The notes beneath the pieces were generated by a model that was not told where the DNA came from, ran no database searches, and was given only the letters and a program-made list of their open reading frames with translations. DNA of 45,194 nucleotides from NCBI GenBank assembly GCA_014238195.1, contig JABABO010000058.1, positions 1 through 45,194 of the forward strand, in the 5' to 3' direction. Of this stretch, positions 28,233 through 36,372 are shown piece by piece. The DNA comes from Kordiimonadaceae bacterium. Lineage in GTDB: Bacteria; Pseudomonadota; Alphaproteobacteria; Sphingomonadales; Kordiimonadaceae. A program made the position numbers and the translations under genes. The stretch's first letter is position 1. Every line of letters begins with the position of its first letter.

Positions 28233-29165
28233 TCAGACAGCTGTCATCTTTTGTAATTCTGGTAAGATTTCAGTCGCGAATTTCTCGACGTACGCCATCC
28301 TTTCTTCAGGAGGCATAACAAGCGCTATAATCAGGTGATTGGTCCCTGCCTTAACATAGTCTGCCAAGGTCTCAATGATACGCTCATTGGGGCCGTACGC
28401 ACAATATTTGTCTACAATCTTTTCAAACGGCATGTTGAACCTGTATGATAATTGCTCAATTGCTCTGTTCCGAGCCTCTTCCACATCGTCATGTTGGCTG
28501 ATATACATGAATGTTGTGTAAGCAAAATCTGAAGGGAGTTCCCTTCCCAGATCATCCGCAAAGCCACGGACTTTAAAAATTGATTCTTTGAGCTGATCAG
28601 GCGTGTACATGTAGGGCTGCCAGCCATCACCCAAACGTGCAGCGCGGCGCATAGCAGGATCACTTCGACCACAGACCCAAAGAGGGGGTCCATCCTTTTG
28701 ATAAGGACCTGGCAACATCTCAACATCTTTTAATTGGAAAATTTTCCCGTCATAGCTAAAAGGTTCCCCAGCCCAATATTTACGCATGATTTCAATGCCC
28801 TCATTGGTACGGACCCCTCTTTCTTTCATAGAAACGCCCAAAGCTTCAAATTCGCGAGGATAGTCCCCCCCAATGCCAACAGATGCGATCAATCGGCCCT
28901 TTGACAGGATGTCAATCGACGTCAATTCTTTTGCCATCATAGTGGGGTTTCTCAACGGGAAAATGAGAGTAGACGGCAACAGTTTAATGCGTTTGGTCAC
29001 AGCTGCAGCATAGGAAAGAACTGTCACAGTATCCAAAATTGGCCGAAAAAACAGAATATGCTCACCTGTTGTTAAAATATCGAAACCGTGCTCTTCCACT
29101 TTCGATATCTGTTCAGGTTCCCAAACGTCTCCATCAATATGAAACCCTATTTGAATTCTTGGCAT
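28233..29165 (-). CDS. Luciferase-like monooxygenase (LLM) class oxidoreductase, probably F420-dependent
   Basis: 310-aa LLM fold pattern (LSKGRLIASVGIGGDYPREFEALG, GPPLWVCGRS..RRAARLGDGWQPY). F420 dependence is inferred from context. Confidence 0.7.
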   Translation of the reverse strand: MPRIQIGFHIDGDVWEPEQISKVEEHGFDILTTGEHILFFRPILDTVTVLSYAAAVTKRIKLLPSTLIFPLRNPTMMAKELTSIDILSKGRLIASVGIGGDYPREFEALGVSMKERGVRTNEGIEIMRKYWAGEPFSYDGKIFQLKDVEMLPGPYQKDGPPLWVCGRSDPAMRRAARLGDGWQPYMYTPDQLKESIFKVRGFADDLGRELPSDFAYTTFMYISQHDDVEEARNRAIEQLSYRFNMPFEKIVDKYCAYGPNERIIETLADYVKAGTNHLIIALVMPPEERMAYVEKFATEILPELQKMTAV

Positions 29166-29194
29166 CGCGATTCTCCTTAGAACAAAGTCAACGG

Positions 29195-30688
29195 TTATGC
29201 GTTGAGCTTGCTTAAAACATATTCCTCAACAATTTCACGGCGTACTTTGCCTATAGCAGACAAAGGTATCATATCAATCTCGGTTAAAAATTCTGGCCAT
29301 TTGGCTTTATCCAAACCAGCTGCCGCGCAATGTGCACATAGATCGTCTAAGTTAACGGGCTCTGACGGGACAATAACCGCAGCTAAGCGTGATCCAAGCC
29401 TGTCATCGGGATACCCGACAATGGATACATCTGTAATCGCTGGATGCCTAAGAAGGACGTCCTCGGTTTCTAACGGTGAGATATTCTCTCCGCCGCGAAG
29501 TATAATGTCGCGGGCACGGCCACTCATGCTGATATAGCCATTATCAAGTTGAACAGCAGCATCGCCAGTTTTGTACCAGCCGTCTTCTCCCAAGCGATTG
29601 TCATGATCACCAGTCCAGTATCCCGTCATCATCTGAAACGGGCTATGGATTTCAAGTTCGCCGTCCCTGATCCGGACGCTGGTTCCTGGCAGCGCCCGAC
29701 CGTCGGTATACAAGCGTTCATCCAGTGTAGCATCAGGATCAACAGCGGTAACCGCCCCAGCCTCGGATGTGCCAAAATATGCCCATATTTCGCACTCTGG
29801 CATCGCTTTATAGGCACGTCGTTTCAACTCAGCGGGAACAGGTGCACCTGATGACGGGAAGTATTTAAGTGATTGGATCCGGCTGGTACCGTGTTCCTCA
29901 ACATATGTCACCATATCGACAAGAAACGGTGTAGGTGCAGCGGTAAAAGTACATTTATAGCGTTCAATTAGCTCAACGGCTGTCTCTACCCGCCAGCGTG
30001 AAACAAGAATCATCGGCGCATTGAGCGCCAAAGCCATCTTGACCCCAAAAAGAAGACCAACCGCATGGCCGACGGGCGACGAAACAAGGATCGGATCATC
30101 TTTGCTTAGGCTAAAGCGCTCAATGAAAACGTCTGTCTGGCGTTCAAATGTAGCATATGTATGCTTAGCTGCTTTTGGTGTGCCAGTTGTGCCAGACGTA
30201 CAGGCAAACCATCCCAGCTCATTGGCTGTTCGTTTTGGCGGTGCTTTTGGGCCTATAGGCGCTTCCACATCCTGAAAGCGTCGTTCCCCCAATTTTTCAA
30301 AAATAGGGTTATCGCCGACCAGATGTTCGGTCAAAATGACGCTTGCAGCGTCAAGAATATCGCCCAACTCCACGATACTTTTGCCCGCAGACCAAGGAAG
30401 GTTTATAAATATCGCACCACACAGTCGGGTAGCAAGATAATCGACAATATATTCAATAACATTTGGCCGGGCGACTATAACACGGCTGCCGACGGTTACC
30501 CCTTGAGCGATTAACTGCCCCGCCCGCTTGCGCGACTGTTCAATTAATTCCCCAACCGTGATTGTGCGATCTAGCTCTGCAATCGCAAGAGAGCCCGCAG
30601 GGCGTGCGCACAAGCGATCCCATTCTTCCCTAGCAAAATCTCTTTGACTTACATCAGGGTAATCGATGACACTTGAGAGTGTTGTCAT
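29195..30688 (-). CDS. AMP-dependent synthetase/ligase (acyl-CoA synthetase family)
   Basis: Adenylate-forming core motifs CTSGTTGTPKAAKHTY and GWYKTGD, plus the C-terminal lysine region GKVRR. Confidence 0.88.
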   Translation of the reverse strand: MTTLSSVIDYPDVSQRDFAREEWDRLCARPAGSLAIAELDRTITVGELIEQSRKRAGQLIAQGVTVGSRVIVARPNVIEYIVDYLATRLCGAIFINLPWSAGKSIVELGDILDAASVILTEHLVGDNPIFEKLGERRFQDVEAPIGPKAPPKRTANELGWFACTSGTTGTPKAAKHTYATFERQTDVFIERFSLSKDDPILVSSPVGHAVGLLFGVKMALALNAPMILVSRWRVETAVELIERYKCTFTAAPTPFLVDMVTYVEEHGTSRIQSLKYFPSSGAPVPAELKRRAYKAMPECEIWAYFGTSEAGAVTAVDPDATLDERLYTDGRALPGTSVRIRDGELEIHSPFQMMTGYWTGDHDNRLGEDGWYKTGDAAVQLDNGYISMSGRARDIILRGGENISPLETEDVLLRHPAITDVSIVGYPDDRLGSRLAAVIVPSEPVNLDDLCAHCAAAGLDKAKWPEFLTEIDMIPLSAIGKVRREIVEEYVLSKLNA

Positions 30689-30691
30689 AAC

Positions 30692-31711
30692 CTATATCTT
30701 CTTAATTTCCGTAACAAGTTTCTGAATATCGCTATCAGATAACCCGTCAAACCATGTTTCATCGATCTGGATACGGTGGACATAGGCGCCATATCGTTTC
30801 TTAAGCGCAGCAGGCAAGTTTTCTGGCTTTTCAATCACAGCATAGGCCTCAAGCATCTTATCGGACACTAAATGCGCCATTTCTTGCCATCTTTGTTCGC
30901 GCGCCATTTCGATGAAATCACCGAGGTTTACATCCCAGCCATGCATATCCAGCATTTTTTCATATTCTGGCGTGGAGGCATAAAGCGCCACGCGCTCCTT
31001 CAAGCCAAGGCGTACACGGTCAAGACCTTCATCTGTTGTTGCACAACCAATGAAACCATAACTGCCACGGTCAATGTCATTTAATGAACGTCCAGCTTTT
31101 TCAGCGCCGATTTCAAGGTTTGGCAGCATGACCTCTTCATACCATTTATAGGTAATGGGATCCCCAGGTAAATGCCCATCGGCCATTTTCCCCGTAAGCT
31201 GACACATCAGTTTGTTAATCGCAGCAAGATGAATGGGGGGCCGTTTAAAACCAAGAGGACCAGGATTATAATAAGGGATCATAAGGTCATGCTTATAATA
31301 TTCCCCTTGATAATTCAGTTTTGTACCATGTTCCCAGCAATCCCAGATAGCATGCAGTGCTTCAATATATTCGCGCATTCGCTTCACTGGTGGCAAATGT
31401 TCCATGCCAAAGCGTCGTGTCAAATGTGCCTTGATTTGAGTGCCAATTCCCAGCTGAAAACGACCTTTAGAAAGCGACTGTATAGACCAAGCATCGTAAG
31501 CCGTTGCCATTGGACTTCTTGGAAAGGCGACAAAAACACCCGTCAGTAAATTAACCTTACTGGTTACCATTGAGCCAGCAACAGCTGTAAGCGTTGGCGG
31601 AACTGTTAGTTCCAATAGGGTGGTGCCATCGTAGCCTAACTTTTCTGCGCGTGCTATTGCATCAGGCATTTCTTCTAGACGTTTGGGTCGTACCATAGAA
31701 TATACTTGCAT
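30692..31711 (-). CDS. LLM class oxidoreductase, probably F420-dependent
   Basis: 339-aa LLM fold (LSKGRFQLGIGTQIKAHLTRRFG). It starts 3 nt after the hyuB-like stop. Confidence 0.7.
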   Translation of the reverse strand: MQVYSMVRPKRLEEMPDAIARAEKLGYDGTTLLELTVPPTLTAVAGSMVTSKVNLLTGVFVAFPRSPMATAYDAWSIQSLSKGRFQLGIGTQIKAHLTRRFGMEHLPPVKRMREYIEALHAIWDCWEHGTKLNYQGEYYKHDLMIPYYNPGPLGFKRPPIHLAAINKLMCQLTGKMADGHLPGDPITYKWYEEVMLPNLEIGAEKAGRSLNDIDRGSYGFIGCATTDEGLDRVRLGLKERVALYASTPEYEKMLDMHGWDVNLGDFIEMAREQRWQEMAHLVSDKMLEAYAVIEKPENLPAALKKRYGAYVHRIQIDETWFDGLSDSDIQKLVTEIKKI

Positions 31712-31714
31712 AGC

Positions 31715-33406
31715 TTATGTTTCCCTTTTTACATGCCCATAATATTTTTGAATGAATGTTGGTGAAAACTTCCCACTGTCTTGATCAAGCAAGACACTGT
31801 CTGCTTGGCGTTCTGCCGCGCAGCCGTATCCGCCAGCGCCCGGTGTTTCTACCACTATGTTAGTGCCCTGCGGAACTGGAACTTCGTTTGGCTTGTCATC
31901 AAGCCTTGTTTCATTGGGCCCACAGCGCAAAATAAATTGGCCGGATTTTCCAGCTTCACCACCGAACAATCCCCAAGGCTGATAGCGAAAACGCTCACCT
32001 GCACCATTAAAGACGCATTCATGACCGACGGGCGTAAGGACACGGCGAAGCCCCATCCCGCCACGTTGGCGACCTGCACCGCCAGAATCTTCAACAAAAC
32101 AATATTCAATCACTCTAAGCGGATATTCCTGTTCAATGGATTCAACAGGTAAATTCGAGGTGTTGGTAATGCCGACTTGAACGCCGTCCTTCCCGTCTTT
32201 ATGAGCCCGCGCCCCCATGCCGCCGCCCAGTGTTTCGAAATACACATAAGGCTTGCCATTTCTAGGGTCATTACCAGAGAATACCGCCGTTGTGTTGGCG
32301 CCGTTTGCCGCGGCAATTACGTGTTCAGGCAGTGCTTTCGAGATCGCGCCCAACACGACGTCAATAACCCGTTGGCAAGCGTGTGCCCGTGCAGCAACTG
32401 GTGCAGGGAAGACAGAATTTAACAAGGTACCAGGCTCGGCTAAAATTTCAACGACATCCAAAACACCTTGATTGCTTGGCATGTCAGCGTCAAGAGACGC
32501 AATCAAAGCATAACACACACTGGCCTGAACTGCGTTGAGGGTCGTATTAATATTGCCCCTTACCTGCAAACTTGTGCCTGCAAAATCCACACATATCTTA
32601 TCGCCTTTAACTGTTATGGATACGTGAATAGGGATGTCAAATGTCGATACGCCGTCCCCATCCATAAAGTCTTCAAATTCATACGTACCATCAGGTATTT
32701 GGCTAATAGCAGCTTTCATTCTGAGTGCAGTCCGCGCGATAATTTCATCAAATGTTGCAAGAATTTTGGGTAGGCCGTGCACGTCTACAACTTCCTGAAA
32801 ACGACGCGCTCCAAGCTTGCATGACGCTATTTGGGCGTTGTGGTCACCCTTGCGTTCCTCTGGTACGCGCACATTCAGCATCAAGATGTCCATAACATCT
32901 GTTTGAAGTTCACCGCGGGAAAACAATTTTACCGCAGGTATCCTCAAACCTTCCTGAAATATCTCAGTCATGCCGCCAGCCATCGATCCTGGGACCATGC
33001 CACCAATGTCCGCATGGTGTGCAATATTACAAACGAATGCTGCCAATTCTCCACCAACAAACAAAGGCATCGCGTAGTTGATGTCGGGCAAGTGCGTACC
33101 CCCAGCAACATAGGGATCATTGGCAACAAAAATATCGCCTTCATGAATATCGGAGCCATATTTGCTGAGAACACTTTTCATCATGCCGCCCATAGAGGCA
33201 ATATGGATGGGGAGCGTCATGGCAGCCTGAACAACCAATCGCCCTGACTTGTCAACAATAACGATAGAATGATCATTGCGCTCTTTAATATTCGTAGAGA
33301 AAGCTGACCGCATAAGAGCAACAAAACATTCATCGGCGATAGATCGCAAACTGTTTGAAATAATTTCCAAGCTAATGGGGTCTAGTTTTTGTGGCTGGGT
33401 ATTCAT
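31715..33406 (-). CDS. Hydantoinase B / oxoprolinase family protein
   Basis: 563 aa. N-terminal LDPISLEIISNSLRSIADE and internal NDPYVAGGTHLPD are typical of the HyuB family. A 1-nt TAATG overlap joins it to the A subunit. Confidence 0.88.
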   Translation of the reverse strand: MNTQPQKLDPISLEIISNSLRSIADECFVALMRSAFSTNIKERNDHSIVIVDKSGRLVVQAAMTLPIHIASMGGMMKSVLSKYGSDIHEGDIFVANDPYVAGGTHLPDINYAMPLFVGGELAAFVCNIAHHADIGGMVPGSMAGGMTEIFQEGLRIPAVKLFSRGELQTDVMDILMLNVRVPEERKGDHNAQIASCKLGARRFQEVVDVHGLPKILATFDEIIARTALRMKAAISQIPDGTYEFEDFMDGDGVSTFDIPIHVSITVKGDKICVDFAGTSLQVRGNINTTLNAVQASVCYALIASLDADMPSNQGVLDVVEILAEPGTLLNSVFPAPVAARAHACQRVIDVVLGAISKALPEHVIAAANGANTTAVFSGNDPRNGKPYVYFETLGGGMGARAHKDGKDGVQVGITNTSNLPVESIEQEYPLRVIEYCFVEDSGGAGRQRGGMGLRRVLTPVGHECVFNGAGERFRYQPWGLFGGEAGKSGQFILRCGPNETRLDDKPNEVPVPQGTNIVVETPGAGGYGCAAERQADSVLLDQDSGKFSPTFIQKYYGHVKRET

Positions 33407-35481
33407 TATTTTGCTCCCGGATCAATTTGGATAATTAGGTGCCCGTCCGGCGTTACCTCAGCATAGTCACCTGGGTAGATAGGTGTTGTTGTATCTAACT
33501 GTTCAATGATGGCTGGGCCGTGGATAGTGTGACCAGGTCGCAAGTCAACACGTGAATAAACATTTGTTTCGAAAGAATTTTCAGGGTCGCTAAAATATAC
33601 CTGTCGAGTTTCACGTGGCTGTAGAGTGTCATCCACTGTCTTTTCCAGCTGGGCAGTCGTTTCCCTATAGAGCTGCGCAGTCGCCGACATGCGAATGTTC
33701 ACAACCTCAATGGCATCGTCTATACTTGAATAACCATAAGCCATTTCATGAGCATCGCAGAAGTTGGCTTGCAGCCCATCCAATGTTGGCAGGTCATCCG
33801 CTGTCAAATTATTACCTTCAGCAACGGGGACTGCTAACTCAAAGTTCTGCCCCATATAACGAGCATCAACCACGAGCTGTAGTTGCCTGTTTTCAGCGGG
33901 TACATTTTCGTCATCAAACCAGATTTCAGCCGCACCCTTTAAGGATGTGAGGGAGCGAGCCAATATCGCCAAACCCTTTTCATCGACCATAAATCGGCGG
34001 CTTTCAACAAAAGCTTCTTTCAGATCTGAAACCAACAAGCCCTGTGCACAGACGATACCCGGGGATGCTGGTACAACGATCTCACGCATACCAAGGCTGA
34101 CAGCCACATCACGCGCATGGAGCGGCCCCGCACCACCAAACGGCATCAATACGAAGTCCCGCGGATCATGTCCGCGCTCCACAGAGATCATTCTAATTGT
34201 TCGCACCATATTTGCGACAACAATGCCAAGGGCGCCATGCGCTGTTCGCTCAACAGAAAAACCAAGCTGATCTGCCAATTCCTTGTAGGCATCAATTGAT
34301 AACTTGGGGTCCAGCCCCATATCACCGTCCAAAAGTCCGCGCGATGAAAGGCGCCCCAGCAATAAGTTTGCATCTGTTGTCGTTGGCTTGGTGCCGCCAC
34401 GCCCATAACAGGCAGGACCTGGGGCTGCGCCAGCACTAATTGGACCAACCTTTAACAGTCCATCCCGGTCAAACCACGCAATGGACCCACCGCCAGCACC
34501 AACTGTTTCCACATCGACACAAGGCAGGCGTATTGGAAACCCAGTCACATCACGATCAAAGGTCAAATCTACGCTAAAATCACGAATAAGGGCGACATCA
34601 GCACTGGTTCCGCCCATATCAAGTGTAATGACATTTCGACGATCTGTTTGCATCGAGACATGCCCAGCCCCTACAGCGCCCGCAGCGGGGCCAGACAGGG
34701 CTGTCCGTATAGGAAACTCTCTGGAAGTTTTGGGGGACATTAATCCACCACTAGACTGATTTATACCCAGAGAGGCATCAGGGGCACGGTCGCTAATGCC
34801 GTCTTCAAGTGTCTGCAGGTATCCCCACATAACGGGTTGAAGGTATGCATTCAGCACCGTCGTTGACAGGCGCTCATATTCGCGAAACTCTGGTTGAACC
34901 TCAGACGAGAGCGAGAGAACGATCTCTGGTGCGCGTTTGCGTAACGCTTGTGCTACAAGTTTTTCGTGCGCGTCATTACGAAAGGCAAACAAAAATCCGA
35001 TAGCGCAGGCTGAAGCACCAGACGCTATGACTTGATCCACCACAGCATCAATATCTTCTGCCGTCGGCTCCACCACGACCTGACCCGCAGCATCCATTCT
35101 CTCATGCAGTTCAAATCGTTGCTCGCGGTCAACGAGCGGAGCAGGATGATCTTTTTGCAGGTCATACATATGGGGCCTAGTCTGCCGACCAATTTCCAAC
35201 AAATCACGGAATCCCTTGGTGGTAATCAGGGCCACTGTACTTCCCGTTCTTTGAATGAGCGCATTTGTCCCAACCGTCGTACCGTGGGAGAGACGCTCTA
35301 TCTCAGCTAAGGGAATGTCATAATGCTTACAAAGCGCATCTAAGCCGCCCAGTATAGCATCCGCGGGATTGGAGGGCGTTGACGATGTTTTCCAAACATG
35401 CGTCGTCCCGTTCTTACTATTGGTTGCGTAAAAATCGGTAAACGTTCCACCTACATCAACACCTATAATCCAACTCATCAA
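33406..35481 (-). CDS. Hydantoinase A / oxoprolinase family protein (ATP-dependent)
   Basis: 691 aa. IIGVDVGGTFTDF at the N-terminus and DMGGTSADV are ASKHA-fold motifs of the HyuA family. Confidence 0.88.
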   Translation of the reverse strand: MMSWIIGVDVGGTFTDFYATNSKNGTTHVWKTSSTPSNPADAILGGLDALCKHYDIPLAEIERLSHGTTVGTNALIQRTGSTVALITTKGFRDLLEIGRQTRPHMYDLQKDHPAPLVDREQRFELHERMDAAGQVVVEPTAEDIDAVVDQVIASGASACAIGFLFAFRNDAHEKLVAQALRKRAPEIVLSLSSEVQPEFREYERLSTTVLNAYLQPVMWGYLQTLEDGISDRAPDASLGINQSSGGLMSPKTSREFPIRTALSGPAAGAVGAGHVSMQTDRRNVITLDMGGTSADVALIRDFSVDLTFDRDVTGFPIRLPCVDVETVGAGGGSIAWFDRDGLLKVGPISAGAAPGPACYGRGGTKPTTTDANLLLGRLSSRGLLDGDMGLDPKLSIDAYKELADQLGFSVERTAHGALGIVVANMVRTIRMISVERGHDPRDFVLMPFGGAGPLHARDVAVSLGMREIVVPASPGIVCAQGLLVSDLKEAFVESRRFMVDEKGLAILARSLTSLKGAAEIWFDDENVPAENRQLQLVVDARYMGQNFELAVPVAEGNNLTADDLPTLDGLQANFCDAHEMAYGYSSIDDAIEVVNIRMSATAQLYRETTAQLEKTVDDTLQPRETRQVYFSDPENSFETNVYSRVDLRPGHTIHGPAIIEQLDTTTPIYPGDYAEVTPDGHLIIQIDPGAK

Positions 35482-35533
35482 TCACACTTTCTATATGGAT
35501 GGTTTCAAAAAACTTTACGTAACTTATAAATAC

Positions 35534-35562
35534 GTAGTATACTACACATAATGCTGAGTCAA
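35534..35562 (-). promoter_or_regulatory. Candidate promoter and operator of the hyuA-to-cofD operon
   Basis: On the minus strand, TTGACT (35562-35557) is followed by a 15-nt spacer and TATACT (35541-36). The perfect 12-bp palindrome GTAGTATACTAC (35534-35545) overlaps the -10. The spacer is shorter than optimal. Confidence 0.4.
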
Positions 35563-35615
35563 TATGTAGATTGTGGATTTAGTATTTTTTTTATAAACAA
35601 TGATAAGCAGAGCTA

Positions 35616-35721
35616 TATAGCGAGACCGATGAATAATGAGGTCATTATTTATTGGTAAGTCGAACCGGCACAAAGACTTATAGCCAAATGAGGTGATCAA
35701 TATTCACCGCAATTGGCTATA
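35616..35721 (+). repeat. Copy B of the 106-bp hairpin-rich repeat element (partner at 22115-22220)
   Basis: Same orientation and length as copy A. Stem sequences are conserved while the loop of the first hairpin differs (gt vs gg). Confidence 0.9.
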
Positions 35722-35753
35722 AGTCTGGAAAAACTGTTCGTTTGGGGAAATTA

Positions 35754-35786
35754 CTGGCAAGTATCTGGCTAGTATCTGGCGAGTAT
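35754..35786 (+). repeat. Three tandem 11-bp repeats CTGGC(A/T/G)AGTAT upstream of marR
   Basis: Read directly: ctggcaagtat ctggctagtat ctggcgagtat. They end 46 bp before the marR ATG. Confidence 0.85.
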
Positions 35787-35831
35787 CAAGTTTAGTCTAA
35801 AGAAGTATAGTTTGTAGAAAAGAGGATTTAT

Positions 35832-36329
35832 ATGTCGGAACAAGTCGTGAAACGTCGCACTTTTAAGAAACTGTGGAGTCGCCCCGGATATCTGATTCGG
35901 CGATTACATCAAATACATGTGGCGATGTTCCTAGATGAATGCGCAGAATTTAAACTGACGCCAGTACAATTTGCTGTTTTAACCGTTTTGGACAGTGATG
36001 GTGTTCTGGATCAAATCTCTGTAGCCAAACAAATAAGTGCAGATCGTAATACTGTTGGCGATGTGTTAAGGCGTCTGGAATCTCGAGGCTTGATTGAACG
36101 CCCTGCAAGCGAAAATGACCGCCGTGCGAAACTTGCTCAAATTACCGAGAAGGGACGTAGTTTTGTCGAATCAGTGTTGCCATCTATGATAAAAGTACAA
36201 CGGGACCTCACAAGCGTTCTTACGAGGGAAGAAAATGCTGTACTGACCGACCTTTTGGTGAAACTGATAAAAGCAAATAAGGAAGCAAGTCGGTCTCCAA
36301 AGTCCAAGGACATTTCATTCGACCTTTAG
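35832..36329 (+). CDS. MarR-family transcriptional regulator
   Basis: 165 aa with a winged-helix region LTPVQFAVLTVLDSDGVLDQISVAKQISADRNTVGDVLRRLESRGLIER. Confidence 0.88.
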   Translation: MSEQVVKRRTFKKLWSRPGYLIRRLHQIHVAMFLDECAEFKLTPVQFAVLTVLDSDGVLDQISVAKQISADRNTVGDVLRRLESRGLIERPASENDRRAKLAQITEKGRSFVESVLPSMIKVQRDLTSVLTREENAVLTDLLVKLIKANKEASRSPKSKDISFDL

Positions 36330-36372
36330 AGCCTTTCTTTATTGAACTGAATCAGCTTCAGCCTGAAAACGA

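Noticed and set aside
31715-35481. HyuA/HyuB as N-methylhydantoinase feeding sarcosine oxidase, i.e. a creatinine degradation route.
   Set aside because: No creatinine or cytosine deaminase or N-carbamoylsarcosine amidase is present. The sox genes are 8 kb away behind separate regulators. The hyu genes are translationally coupled to F420/LLM/CoA-ligase genes instead.
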